A stretch of 62,262 bases of DNA, counting the filler, from Ionaspis alba (taxonomy: Eukaryota): the NCBI GenBank assembly GCA_964255285.1. It is 3 parts of 3 records of this genome, joined end to end, with 100 filler letters (N's around TTAATTAATTAA, not from the genome) between each part and the next. Parts side by side here need not be neighbours in the genome. Positions count along the whole stretch, not along the records: positions 41,640 to 62,262 come from CAXUUL010000243.1; 2 more parts are not named here. One strand, given 5' to 3'. Made by a program: the position numbers and the translations under genes. Below the pieces are notes generated by a model, which was not told the origin of the DNA, searched no databases, and worked only from the letters and a program-made list of their open reading frames with translations. This document shows, piece by piece, positions 49,441 through 62,262 of this stretch. How positions within the stretch are numbered: position 1 is the first letter of the stretch; every line of letters starts with the position of its first letter.

Positions 49441-50666
49441 CTAGAATTTATCCCAACCATCATCTCCCCACTCCTCCTTTCCCGCTCCTGCAGTACCACC
49501 ACCAGTACCACCACCCTTCATAGCCGCCGTCCCAATCGCGCTGCTCTTCTTCGCAGGCCCTGAACTAACAATAGTCGACCCACCTGCCGTTGGGGAACCA
49601 AAAGAGTCCCAGAAGTCCTTCTTCTCCGGTTCCACTGCCGCTTTAGACGTGTGACCTTGACCATCGCCGGTGCCTTCAACAAACTTATTGAACTGCTCCG
49701 CGGCACCTTTTGTCCCCTTCTGCACATTCTGTGCAACCGAAGCAGCGGTCAGGCGAGCTTGGGTAGCCAGATCGGCCTCCGCGAGCTACATCACGAAGTT
49801 AGCTTGTTGATATTAAAGTATTGGGCCCGTTCTCCGAGAAGAGCAGAGGCTACCTAGGAGAGTGACACTCTCCAGCGTAGAGCCAAACAGGTGCGGCATA
49901 CCTTCTGCGCCGTCGGCTGTATATACCCCTCATTAACGGCCTTCGCCCCCTTCCCCACCGTAGCCGTAAACCAGCCAAACCCCTTCGTAAGCGCCGCAAC
50001 AGGATCCTTCTGAAACTCATCCACTCCGGGCATATTCCCACCCCCATCACCCCTCACGGGCTCCGGCATTGGCGCGCTACCAAACCCGCCAAACTTCCCA
50101 CCCTGACTGGGCGGCAGATCAGCCGGTCTGCTTGCATTCTCATTCCCCAATTTGGCAAAGTAGGCTTCATTCTGCTGTTTCCTTCCGCCTGCCACGAGCG
50201 CCGGGGATCCTGATCGCACGGAAGACGCCTGGCTAGAACTCCTCTCGACCTTCGGTAGTGGTCTCTTCTTCTCCGTCCTGGGCGGCGGGACGTACTCCCT
50301 ACCCTCGATCTTGGCACTGAGTCTCTCCTTGTACTCCTCGCCCACATCACCCTTATACCGGTCCTCTATACTCGTCTGATCCCATACGCTCTTATCTCCC
50401 TTACCGCCCTCCACGTGGCGGTCCCAGAACTCCCTCCAAGCAACATTTCCTCCCTCTTCCATGCGGCGCACTTCACCCACTTTGAAGCTGTCCATGGCGA
50501 TGCTGCGTACGAACGAGATGTGCACGCCTAGACCGCGGTGGTAGCCGGCGCAGGTGAGGCAGATGAAGATGCCGAATTTGGGAGAGGCCCATTGCGGAGA
50601 GGGCGCGTTGCAGTCGACGCAGGTGGTGTTACCGGGGAGCTTTTGTAGGGCAAGGAGCTACGGGAG
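49441..50666 (-). CDS. GCS1: ADP-ribosylation factor GTPase-activating protein (Gcs1/ArfGAP1); start lies in the N gap
   Basis: CVDCNAPSPQWASPKFGIFICLTCAGYHRGLGVHISFVRS zinc finger, NASRPADLPPSQGGKFGGFGS, and C-terminal DDGWDKF*. Confidence 0.93.
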
Positions 50667-51204
50667 NNNNNNNNNNNNNNNNNNNNNNNNNNNNNNNNNN
50701 NNNNNNNNNNNNNNNNNNNNNNNNNNNNNNNNNNNNNNNNNNNNNNNNNNNNNNNNNNNNNNNNNNTCACTAACATGTTGCATCGAGTTTCAATCGGGAA
50801 CAATTCAAGCACGGGGATTTAGAAGAGCAACTTTTTCATTCCGTTTATCCCTACTGCTGCCAAAGCATATTAAAATACACTGGGTCGTCAGACCAGAGAC
50901 AATTCAAAGACACATAGCATGCCGAAGAAATCGTAAATGTGGTGTTACAAGCAAAGTATGCGCAGTCCTGCTGGCAATTAAAGCGCTCTAGTCATCCTTG
51001 AAGAGAAGAAAACAAGACGCTCTAAATGCCATGCATAACATTCGTCAGTGCTCCTCTCCACCGACCAACACCTTCAACTGACAAACATAGTCCATAAAAA
51101 GATTGACAATAGTGAGTAGCAGTAGAACCGAAATACTAAGGGAGCTTTGGCAATCCACTCAGAAGTCTTTCTGCGAATCTGCTTTGCCTCTGTGGCCATT
51201 GCAA

Positions 51205-52484
51205 TTAAGCAGCAGCAACATCGGCGGGAGGATCGTTGGCCTGAACAACGCCATTTTCCTTCAATGGCTCAACACCTGCGGCCTGGGGATCGACGTCTTC
51301 CTTGCCAGGGCTATCGATGGCGACCTTGACAGCAATTTCACGACCATCAATTTCCTTGCCGTTCATCTCGCTGACAGCCTTCTGCTGCATTTCCTCGGAT
51401 TCAAGAGACACAAAGCCAAATCCACGACCCTTGCGAGGCTCGTTACGAGCCTGGAGTTTTTTGACCATGAAGCGGGGAATTGGTCGAAGAGCAATCTTAG
51501 CGGCAGATGGCTTGTATTCGGCGAACAACTCTTTGAGCTAAAATATGATTGTCAGTCATGAAATTTCTGCTCCATGCATAGATAAAACTCACTTTCTCCT
51601 CACTAAGGTCGTACGGAAGGTTGGCAACCATGACCTTGTTCTTGGAGGGAATGCCGTCTTCAGGTGGACCACGTTGTTTTGGTTGGCGGGGAGCACGGGG
51701 TTTGCTGTCTCTTGGTGCTTCTCCACCCTCGGCGACGTTCTGAGCATTGGCAGCCTCGGCGGTAGTATCAGTAAGTGGGAGGGGCTGGCCTTCGGTATCG
51801 GTTGCGCCTTCGGATTTTTCCTGCCGCTAAGTCAAGACTAAGATTAGGATAATTTCAAACCATTCTCCTAAATAAGACTCACGTTACGTCCACCTCGGCC
51901 GGCGCGACCGCCACGGCCTCGGCCACGTCCACGACCACGGCCAGAATTTCTCCGACGGCCACCCTCGGCACCGCTCCCACCTTCACCTCCGCTTGCTGCG
52001 GCTTCGGCCTTCTCAGCTGCAGTCTCGGGCTTACGAGCAAGCTGGACGGAGACTTTGCGGTTCATGACCTCTTTTCCAGAGAGCTCGGTAATGGCACGCT
52101 GAGCTTCCGTAGCAGTTGAGAGGTCGACGAAGGCATAGCCGACTGGACGGGTGGTGCGAGGGTTGGTCGGAATTGACGTTGATTCACTAGTGGTTTGCCT
52201 CAGCTTGTGTTGAACGACATCGTGAATGAATGACTGGAATGTGATGAAACTTACACAAGGTAGCCCTTGAAGAATTCTTGAAGATCCCCCTCGGTTGTCG
52301 CGTACGCAAGGTTACCAATGTAGAGGCGACGTCCCTCAGCAACGATGGCGATGACAGCTTCATTTTGAGCTGCATTGATGGGTTCACCGCCAGTGATGTT
52401 GTTTGCTCCAGCTCCAGGCTCGTTAATATGATCCTTGACGGACGTGTTGGCCATGGAGTCGGTGATATTCTCAACAGAAGACAT
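51205..52484 (-). CDS. RRM-RGG-RRM RNA-binding protein (Sbp1-like), 4 exons
   Basis: RRM1: RRLYIGNL...VGYAFVDL. RGG tract: RGRGRGRGRGGRAGRGGR. RRM2: KVMVANLPY...GRGFGFV...AVSEMNGKEIDGREIAVKVA. Confidence 0.9.
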
Positions 52485-53196
52485 GGTGATCGTGAAGTAG
52501 AAACTTGAATGGAAAGTGAGAATGAGTCTATCTGGGTTGAAAGAGCTGAGAAGTTCTTGGACGAGGGGGAATAGGGTAGCTTAGTGCCCTAGATCTTATT
52601 GAAGGAAGGTTTTGAAGTTGAAAGTGGTTGACTGAGTGACTTGTGTCTTGATGTAGTGAAGCAAGAAAGAAAGGAAAGAAGCTCTTGAGTAGGAGAAGGG
52701 GCTGTCAAAATTCATGTTCGCTTAAATTTAGTGCATACGCTAGTCCCAACCCACTCTCGCGCCTTCACGGCTGCATCCATGTGGTGCAGGAGCGAAGAAT
52801 ATCTATCCACTAATCACCAAATTCACTTCACGTCTCGCCGCAGTTTGCTCCGATATTGTCACCCGGACATCTGCTGATTTGCGGGCACTCATACAGTTAC
52901 GTGAGATCCAGGGGAAATCTTCGGGGTTGATTGGATCAAAGACCTGGATTGAAGACCACTAGCAAGTAGGAGCTGGTGGCGATCAAGAAAATCCAACTTG
53001 GCCACCGGCTACTTCCTGATCCGGCTCTGACACCACCGGTTATATATGGAGAAGGGACAACGGAGGCTCTCCTTTTCATAGCGTACCTAAATTTGCTCGC
53101 TCTCTTTAGGTACTATGTATGCACTCAGCCTAGTTAAAAGCAAACCGAAAACTCCAGTCCGCCGTGCCATTCCCTCAATAGAATCCAGATTTGGAG

Positions 53197-55479
53197 ATGA
53201 TTTCCACCAGTGGTGAGAAGAGCCGGACGGCGCTGGTGCTGTATGGCTCAGAGACTGGCAATGCTCATGATCTTGCGGAAGAGCTAGGGTGCCTGCTAGA
53301 GCGATTACATTTCTCAACATTAGTAGCCCATCTTGATATCATAGAACCTGTGAGTGTTTTAGGTAGATGCAAAAGAGATTTAAAGTACTAAGGAATTGTA
53401 GATACGGCTGGCCGATTACGATGTGACTCTAGTATCGATTTCGACGACAGGTCAAGGAGATCTCCCTAGCAATGCTCGAGCTTTTTGGAAGAAATTGTTG
53501 CGAAAGAAATTGCCTGCAACATATCTCCAGAACGTCAGATTTGCTATATTTGGCTTAGGAGACAGTTCGTATCCAAAGTAAGTAGCTCAGGTTTTGGTAA
53601 AGTATCGTACTAACGATATGAGATATAATTGGGCGGCGCGGAAGCTGCACCGAAGACTCCTACAGCTTGGAGCTGCGCAGGTCTGTGATCGGGGTGAAGC
53701 AGATGAACAGCATTCGGAAGGGTAACGTGTATCTTGGTGAACACATTCAAACGCAGTACTGATCTGGTTGCTCAGACGAGATGCTCTTTTTCTTCCTTGG
53801 TGTGTTACGCTCTGGCAGCAACTTCTGGAACAATACCCGCTCAAACAGGGTCTGAAGCCCATTCCTGAAAATGTACTGCTTCCACCGCGATGGACGCTGG
53901 ACTTAGCAGAACCCACGAACGAATCCCATCAGCAAACGTTATACACTGACAATAGCGGCNNNNNNNNNNNNNNNNNNNNNNNNNNNNNNNNNNNNNNNNN
54001 NNNNNNNNNNNNNNNNNNNNNNNNNNNNNNNNNNNNNNNNNNNNNNNNNNNNNNNNNNNAGCAGAACCCACGAACGAATCCCATCAGCAAACGTTATACA
54101 CTGACAATAGCGGCGATCCAGAGGACCGCGTTTCTGATCCCTCAAACGAGGAGTCCAATGGAAACCAATTCAATGGTGCTACGCATGAATCATCTTTATA
54201 TCCTGAAAGTGGCACTCCCGCTCGGGTAGTGCTCGAAGGCAACCGTCGTGTTACTCCAGAGGACCACTGGCAAGACGTTCGCCACCTCACCTTCACCACA
54301 GACACTCAACTTCCTTACAATCCAGGTGACGTCCTATCGATTCATCCAAAGAACGCGCCTGAGGATGTCCATCAAATTCTGGAGCTTATGAGCTGGACAG
54401 AGGTTGCAGATCGAGAAGTCCATCTTGTTCCTGCTCAAGATACTTTACCACAGCACGAGAGTGTATCTCACCTGACACCTGCTCTTCATGATTTGGGAGC
54501 AGTAACTTTTCGTGACCTCCTTGCTAGTCATCTGGATCTGAATGCCATACCTCGCAGATCCTTCTTTGCCTTGATAGCCCACTTCACTAGTGACGAGTTC
54601 CAGAGGAACAGGCTTCTTGAGTTCACAAATCCCGACTTCCTAGATGAGCTTTATGATTATACCACTCGTCCAAGACGAAGCATCTTAGAGGTTCTGCAAG
54701 AATTTGACACCGTGAAGATCCCATGGCAATGGGCAGCAAACATATTGCCAGAGCTCAAACCTCGACAATTTAGTATTGCGAGTGGAGGCCAGCTGAAGAC
54801 GAAAAATGGTCAAGGCACACGCTTCGAGCTTTTGGTGGCCATTGTCAAATACAAAACGGTGATTAAGAAAATTCGTCAAGGGATTTGTACCCGCTATTTG
54901 GCAAATATAGCACTAGGTAGTGTATTACGGGTGTCACTCCAGCAAGGCGGTCTGAACATAACCAAGAATGACTCGGCTCGGCCTGTCGTGATGGTTGGCC
55001 CTGGTACGGGGATTGCGCCAATGAGGTCTTTGATATGGGAGCGACACACACATGAAATGGAAAGTCGGAACCAGAATAAACAGAACGGAGTGTCCAAGAC
55101 AAATGATCTTCCAACTGCTAGTGAAAGTGTCCTCTTCTACGGAGGTCGGAATGTCAGTGCAGATTTCTTTTTCGAGGATGAGTGGGAGCGGCTGCGGCAC
55201 GACATAATGTTGGAAGTATTTACAGCTTTCTCTCGTGACCAGGCGAAGAAAGTCTATGTGCAAGATGTCATTCGACAGAAGTCTAATTTAGTGTTTCGAC
55301 TTCTACATGAAGCCAAGGGCATTGTCTATATCTGTGGTTCATCAGGGAAAATGCCACAAGCGGTTCGAGAAGCCATCATCGAGGCTTTTCAAAATGAAGG
55401 AGCTATGGAAAGAGATGCAGCAGAAGCATACTTGTTGTCTATGGAACAAGAAGGAAGATATAAGCAAGAGACATGGTGA
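53197..55479 (+). CDS. TAH18: NADPH-dependent diflavin oxidoreductase 1 (Tah18/NDOR1); spans an N gap
   Basis: Motifs LYGSETGNA, STTGQGDLP, FGLGDSSYPK, PRQFSIAS, MVGPGTGIAPMRS, YICGSSGKMP and terminal QETW*. The frame is restored by collapsing the 55-bp duplication around the gap. Confidence 0.95.
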
Positions 55480-55499
55480 TGCGAATTGGATCTTGCATC

Positions 55500-56851
55500 T
55501 CTTCGAGACGCCACAATATGCTGTAAATGGTATGACGGCCTTTTTCCAGAACCCCAGATCTAGGTTTGGTATTCGAGGACTGGCCAGCCCAAGAATTTGG
55601 CCTTCTCGGTTTCTTGTCTTCAGACCTAGCTTCTGCATCGACCATCACCATAGTACTGCCCATCTTAGAGTCTGATCAACAGGTCCATCAATCCTAAGTT
55701 GCATCTTCACCTTCAAACCATCACAAACACTCAAGAACGCCGTCCCCTCCACATCACCACGATGAAATAGGGGTCGCTCTCTCGAACATAATTCGGCCAA
55801 ACAACACGGTCCAAATACCCTCTACCGTACCAGAATTTGTCACTCTGTTCTGGAAAGCATCCCATCCAGCAGATCTCGGACTTCCGCATCACGGTACAGG
55901 AAGAACCCAGACACAATCCCGACAGCGCGATAGTCCTGCTTTACTAGCCAAAGACGGATCACCCTCTGAAGAGAGNNNNNNNNNNNNNNNNNNNNNNNNN
56001 NNNNNNNNNNNNNNNNNNNNNNNNNNNNNNNNNNNNNNNNNNNNNNNNNNNNNNNNNNNNNNNNNNNNNNNNNNNGACAGCGCGATAGTCCTGCTTTACT
56101 AGCCAAAGACGGATCACCCTCTGAAGAGAGTCCAGCTCCCCAAGGTCGATCATCGTTGCAGCCTTCTTCCTAATCGCGACCTGTTCACCCGAACTAAAAT
56201 GTCCTTCCGGAACTGTGCCTTTGAGCTTGCACCATTTCAGCATTCTTTTCAATACCACGGAATTGATGGAATCGAGGCAGTCTGCATCGAAGTCTCGATT
56301 ATCCTTTGGAATCAATAGGTGCTTCGGCACACGGAAGTCGTTTTCATCAACTAGAAAGGACGGTTATGAAGACGGAAAAGACGAATGACAACAGCTGTGC
56401 TAGAAGTTCTCTTGCCTGAACTTGGTGCGCCGGGACTGCCTATGAGCAGTGTCGGTTTATCGCTGGCGTCGCTGACAACAGTCCTCTCATGCGAAGCTGG
56501 ATTTTGCAGTAGCTTTGGCGACAGAAATGTTCCAGGTTCTTGCACTACAGTTTCGCGAGCTATCAGTGGAAGCACTATATCTGCTGATACTTCCGTCATA
56601 CTTCTCACGGGACCTAGCGACAGCACTGCGGTGGAGCTGGCTGCGGCCTGCGCAGCTGGTATTGGGTATCTGGCGGATTCTGTGCCTGTAGCACTATGTA
56701 TACCTGAGGCGGGTGTGGAGCGTCGGTTTTTAGGGACTGCTAGAGGTGCTCTATGTTGTGGCTTCTAGATAGGCCAGGTCTTGCGGGTCACAGGGGGCGC
56801 ACGATAGCGAAGTGGTTTCAGTGTGTAATTAGGGGCTTTGCTGCCATTCAT
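55500..56851 (-). pseudogene. Disrupted nicotinamide riboside kinase-like P-loop kinase
   Basis: Collinear motifs in different frames: LLIGSPGAPSSGK, LLAQLLSFVF, LVDENDF, DADCLDSIN, GIVSGFFLY, FWYGRGYLDRVVWPNYVRE, LFHRGDVEG and LRWAV. In-frame TAG at 56765-56767. The 3' end is approximate. Confidence 0.75.
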
Positions 56852-57142
56852 TGTTGATGTGGAGGGTAAGGTAGATGGAGACTGGCGTCGTTCATATAGG
56901 ACAAGATTCAATTGAAAGACACAGAGAGAGAGAAGCTGGCAATATATGGAACATAGATAAGGGTTTATTGTGAAGAGATGTTGGACGGAACTCGTGAATT
57001 CTAGCGAGGGTTCATAAACATCCCTTCTAGAAAATTCACTGACAATTAATCGTGAGCTGACTATGAACAGGCTGCTATACTTATCGAAAGATCCGAGAGC
57101 CGCGGTTCACGTTGCCCCTGGATATGACACTTATCCTCCCCA

Positions 57143-60058
57143 TCACATCCCTCTCATCTCTTTCAGCAAAGCCTTCTCCCTCTGTCCACCCATCCGTTCA
57201 AAGCAATCAACACTCATAACAAACGTCCCCCTTCCACCTGTCAAACTTCTCAAGTGCCTTAGATACCCCACCATCTCCTTTAGTGGCACTCTAGCAGTGA
57301 CATTCCTTTGTCTTGACCCCATCGCCATTACTTCTCCGTCCCGAGTGCCGTCTGTGCCAACAATCTCAAAAGGATCTGGCGGCGCATATACCCTGCGTGG
57401 GTCAATCACCTCGACATTCACACGTGAACTGCCGGGGTTTGTGGCAGTGATGATGTCTTCGTCGTCAAGAGAAACTATATGACCGCCACGAGCGGATGAG
57501 AGGTCATGCACTACGGCGCCGAGGCTCGGTTCGTCGACTGAGATAATGACGTTCATGACAGGTTCCATCAGCACCGTGGGTGTTGTTGCGGCAGACTTTC
57601 TAAGTGCCGCTTGTGTTGCTACACGAGCGGCGGAAGAGAGAGATGCGACAGTCGTGTCGGTGCTGAAAAGGTCGGTGGATGGATCTAAAGATATGGAGAC
57701 GCGCGCGCTGTGCAGAGGAAAGGAGTGATGAGGGCCTCTGGCCAGAGCAGCGAGAGCACCGTTGGCAAGCGCAGTATGGATGAGATTAGGGCTCAGATGG
57801 GGCGGGAGAGGTGGCACGGAGCCATCGGCGTTAGTGTCCTCTAGTATTGATACTGTGATGAGGTTTCCGTCTTGGCTCACAGAAAACCCCGACCAGAGTG
57901 CCCCTTCAGCTTGATCACCAATGAATGGTGCAACAGAGGCCGAGCAACCAGCCTTGCCTTTTCTACCAGCAATCTCTCGATCGAATAGTGCATGTTCGGG
58001 TCCAGCCTCTGCAAGAACGGCTTCTCGATAGGAGATTTCGATGTTCCCCATAGAAGCCTTGGCTTTGAGATCGTTGATTAAACGATCTCGTGCAATTTCT
58101 AGATGCAGCTCTCCCATGCCACTAAGATGTGTTTGACCAGAATCTTCATCAACTGAGAGGTGAAGGCTAGGATCTTCGCGCAGGAGGAGCGCAAGTGCAT
58201 CAGCAACAGGTTTCTCCTCGTTGAGACTTTGAGGCTCGATGCTGGCGAAGAATACTGGCGGAGGGACGTCAATTGGCCTCAGTTGGAGGTTATTAAGTGG
58301 TGCTGGAGGACCAGTCTTTGGATTAGCACCCGAATATGAGATCAAGGTATCTCCTGTCCGAGTATGCTTCAGTCCGACAACCACACCGATCTGACCAGCT
58401 GCGATCGATTGGACCTCAACAGCATCTGATGCATACATTTTCAGTAGTCGCGGAGCCCGCTCTGCTACCTGGAGGTTCGTGTTGAAGAGGATGGAATTGC
58501 GATCAACTGAGCCATGATAGACGCGCACATACACGAGCACTCCTCTTTTAGGATCGTTCACAACCTTGAATGCTAATGCACAAGCTTCTAGGTGTTGAAT
58601 CATTGCCGCAGTCGACTTTTTCGAACCTGGCGGTCGTAATCCTTTCGAGATCTTTCCAGAGCCTTCTTGGAAGAGCTTGCCGCTTACAAGATCATGCATT
58701 CCGCCACTCAGATCTCCTGCACTAATCTCCGGATCCAGAGCTTCCTCCGGATTTGGCAGTAGTTCGATGACGGCGTCCAGTATGGGCTGAACACCAATAT
58801 TTCTAAAGCTGGCTCCGGCAAGTACGGGAACGATATTTGCTGCGCTTCCGATCATTACATGGCGTATACTGTCCAGAATAGCGGTTGGTGATATTGCCAT
58901 ATGATCTTCTTCACATTCAAGGTATTTCTCGACCATGGCGTCGTCGTGCTCACTTAGGAGTTCAACTAGTGCAACCCGCGCCTTCCTGGTTTCTTGCTCG
59001 AGTCTCGGGTTAATTGTTGCCAACTCAGCTAAATCCATGGCTTTTATAGATTTGCCATCACCTCCATCAGGCCATCGCAATGCCCTCAAGCTAACGACAT
59101 CGACAACGCCGGTGAAACGACCATTGCCATTTTCAAACCACGGGACTTGACAAACAGCAGGCCAGGTATGAAGCTTGGACGCAATCTCTTTGACCGTTCT
59201 GCCGAATGCTGCACCGTCTCGATCGAGCTTGTTGACATATATAATTTTCGGGATCATGTAGGTCGTAGCTTGATACCACACTTTCTCGGTTTGAGCTTCA
59301 ACGCCAGCAACGCCATCCAGTATGCAAACTGCTCCGTCCAGGATACGTAGGGAGCGTAAGACTTCGAAGGTGAAGTCGGCGTGACCAGGCGTATCTATCA
59401 GGTTGATGGTGTGAGATGGCTGTGGTTCCAGAGGTGGTAAAGTCTTCTGTACTACAGATTTACTGCTGATCTTGTTGATTTCTTCGTTCTTCGGAGGCCA
59501 ATGAAATGTGATTGCTGCCGACTGTATGGTTATCCCTCGAGCTCGCTCTGCTGGCAAAAAATCTGTTACGGTCGATCCGTCGTCGACGTCTAGAACATAT
59601 TAGAAGGACGTCTTACACTGGACTGCAGCAACGACAGTAGAGAATTTGTGGCAATCAACATCGAGCAAAGCCCCATTACTATATGGAACGGTTTAAGAAT
59701 CAAGGCTGGGACGAGCAGCAAGATTGTATAAAAAGGTTTCGGCGTCGGAACTAACCTCCTATTCGCCGTGTATATCCACTGTAATAGAGCATGCGCTCCG
59801 TCGTAGTAGTTTTCCCCTGTGTAGATCTTAATATGAAATACGTACGATGAAGGGCAAGATATACTGTACGGCATCGATATGAGCAATAATGCCAATATTT
59901 CGAGTCCTTCTTGTTAGTGCCTTTGTGTCAGTTTCACGTCCAACCGCCCCGACGCGCGCTGTGGATCTGAAGCTTCTTCTGCTGCCGAACCAACATGAAG
60001 CTCGAAGCTGCTGACACTGCCCCAGGTGAATCCATTTTGGACCTCGACTTAATTGCAT
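57143..60058 (-). CDS. MEF2: Mitochondrial ribosome-releasing factor 2 (EF-G2mt), 3 exons
   Basis: Mitochondrial-type presequence, then [64 protein letters not shown] and [11 protein letters not shown]. Confidence 0.95.
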
Positions 60059-60446
60059 CTATCAAAAGTACCATATGGTGTACAGAAAGCAGCTTGAGAT
60101 TCTCGAGATATTTAGAGCTCTACTTTTGCCCAATATATGGACTGAAAAATACACTTTAAGGTCGTCTCAGCGGTAAATTCGAGTCCGCTGTAAGAGTTCC
60201 TCGAATAGTGTGCTTAGCGAGAGCTTCATTGAATAAAAGAAGGCACCAATCAGCCAACCGTCTCTAACCATTTCTCTGATCCAATGTTGATTTGTTCTCA
60301 TGATTTTCTTGTAATGGATAACGACATGTCTGCCCTCTGGACTTGAGACCTCTTCTCAACCCCCGTCGCTGCAGCTTCTCATCTCCTTGCTTGAAAACAC
60401 GGGTCATTGGGAGCATCGGAGCAACTGAACTATCGATCCATTGGCC

Positions 60447-62262
60447 ATGGACTATTCGCAGCTGCCCAACGACCCAGATCACCCCGCAGGAACCTCTCCA
60501 TGGCAGACATCACCACATCAGTCAGCCCAACGTGGTTTCGGCACTTCGACGACTGGAAGCGAACCTCCATCGCCCATAGCTACACAATCCCCCTACCCAA
60601 ATACCTCAAAAGCAAACACCAGGCAGGAAGATGTCAGTGACCAGGAGACACTCACTGGTGATACTGCGGAGAGCCATAGGACGGAAGACGCAAGCTCGCA
60701 AGCTCCAACCGAAAATGGCAGCTCTCCAGACCTCTCTACTCGACTGCAAAGTCCTCCTTTAACGGAACAGGGATTCCCAGCACAACAACAGCATTATTCG
60801 CCGCCGCAGCAGCAACAACGCCAGCCACCACATCAGCATCAACAAAGATCTGCCCCGCCCAGCAGGTATCAGACGGGCAATCGACCTTCGCAACGCCAGC
60901 ATGTTCCTCAATATAAACTGCAAGCAAAAATCACAGGGCTTGAGAGAACAGGAAGGAAGGATCCTATCCTGAGATTTGATGTATACGTGAGTTCAACGGA
61001 TTGATTATTCTGCATCCCGCGCTGACAAGACACGAGACTAATCTCCCGAAATTCCGGACTACCCAATTTCGAGATATCCGACGTACCCACTCCGAATTTG
61101 TCAAACTAGCAGACCACCTCATCTCATCAAATCCAGAAGCTTTTGTTCCAGCAGTCCCGTCTCCACTCACAGCAGCCGGGGCAGGAACAGACGAGGATGA
61201 AGCTCGAGTCAAGGGCTCGATGCAAAGATGGCTCAACTACGTTTGCGGAAACGATGTTCTTATGCGAGACGAGGAGATGATACTGTTCGTAGAGAGTGAC
61301 TTTGGCTACAGTCCCGTGGTTAGAATGAAGCAGCCGGCAACTGGTGTTCGAAGAAGAGTATTGAAACAATTCGCTCCTCCACCAGACGATACCCCGGAGC
61401 TTCACGAAGCGCGGCCAATTGTCAAGCTCTTCTACCTAGGTGCAATGGATACAGGGCAAAAGGTAGATCGAGTCGTGAAAGCACGCAGAGGTAAATACCC
61501 TCCACCTCGCTCAATCACCAACCAGTCCCATACTAATCCACCCACCCGTTCAGGTCTCGGCCTTGCGGAATCCGACCTCGGCGTCAAGCTAAATCAAATG
61601 CACGTCCAAGAAACCCACCCCGGTCTCTCAACGGCCTACCGTAAGCTGGGCCGCACTATCCAAACAACCGGCGACTACCATGCCGCCCAAGGCACCGCCG
61701 CAGCCACCACGCTCGCAGACCCCCTCAATTACCATTCCGCGGATGCCTTCATCGTCAAAGAAACGCTCACGAACCGACACATCCTGCTCCGAGAGCTGTT
61801 ACAAGCACAACAAGCAACGCGCAGTAAGCTCAGTGCTGCCGATCGCCTGAAGGCGTCGTCGTCCGTCCGCCGCGATAAGGTGGATGAGGCCATCTCCCAG
61901 CTCGACGAGGCGAAGAGCCACGAGCAATATCTGTTCCAGAAAACGCAGCGCGTAACTTCGAACCTGCTTCAGGAGAAACGGCGATGGTTCGACCGCACAG
62001 CGACTGACTTACGGGCTTCAATCCGCGAGTACGTCTTACGGGAAATCGAAGCCGAGCGGCGCTCCCTCGCGACGCTGGAGTCCGTACGTCCGGACATCCG
62101 CGCTATCGATGCGTCGGGTGGATTATCGCGGCTGGGACGAGAGACGCATCCGGCGGCTAGGAGAGCTAGTTTGGCGGCTTCGCAGGGGCCAAGAGGAGAT
62201 GCGTGGAGTGGGGTTCCAAGAAGGGGGGATTCGTTGGGGAGGAGTGTCAGTGGGGCTTTTGG
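60447..62262 (+). CDS. VPS17: Retromer subunit Vps17 (PX + BAR), 3'-truncated at window end
   Basis: MDYSQL..HPAGTSPW, YKLQAKITGLERTGRKDPILRFDVY|TNLPKFRTTQFRDIRRTHSEF, and KQFAPPPDDTPEL. Two introns at about 60987-61036 and 61491-61553. Confidence 0.93.

Noticed and set aside
53905..54114. Perfect 55-bp direct repeat flanking the 100-N gap inside TAH18
   Set aside because: 53905-53959 equals 54060-54114. Collapsing it restores the reading frame, so it is a k-mer-overlap scaffolding artefact, not a target-site duplication.
55921..56130. Second perfect 55-bp direct repeat around a 100-N gap
   Set aside because: Same length and geometry as the TAH18 case, so an assembly artefact. It is not counted as a lesion of the NRK-like pseudogene.

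Overview
This is fungal nuclear DNA from a filamentous ascomycete (Pezizomycotina-type genes, short GT-AG introns, CTRAY branch points). The window is almost certainly three separate scaffolds of 20,724, 20,715 and 20,623 bp joined by an artificial 44N-TTAATTAATTAA-44N spacer, so gene order is only meaningful within each segment. Segment 1 carries G-protein gamma, an Rdx/SelW-type redox protein, the high-affinity cAMP phosphodiesterase, CCR4, a SAM methyltransferase, an LYR protein (LYRM5/ETFRF1-like), a DUF2457-like protein and an AT-rich end. Segment 2 carries two hydrophilic stress-type proteins, a spliced secreted protein largely missed by the ORF track, an FGGY kinase, a BRCT+WGR protein, trifunctional TrpC, Nup188 and a peroxisomal (SKL) acyl-CoA ligase. 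Segment 3 carries a CCCH zinc-finger cluster, ETF-beta, ArfGAP Gcs1, an Sbp1-like RRM-RGG-RRM protein, Tah18, a disrupted nicotinamide-riboside-kinase-like gene, mitochondrial EF-G2 and a truncated Vps17. The most novel-looking item is at 42.9-47.7 kb: three tandem paralogues combining a PAM2-like motif with an atypical C-x7/8-C-x6-C-x3-H finger. Two look intact and share an intron position; the third is a cryptic pseudogene visible only when read across frames. All product calls come from motif recognition by eye; no database searches were run.
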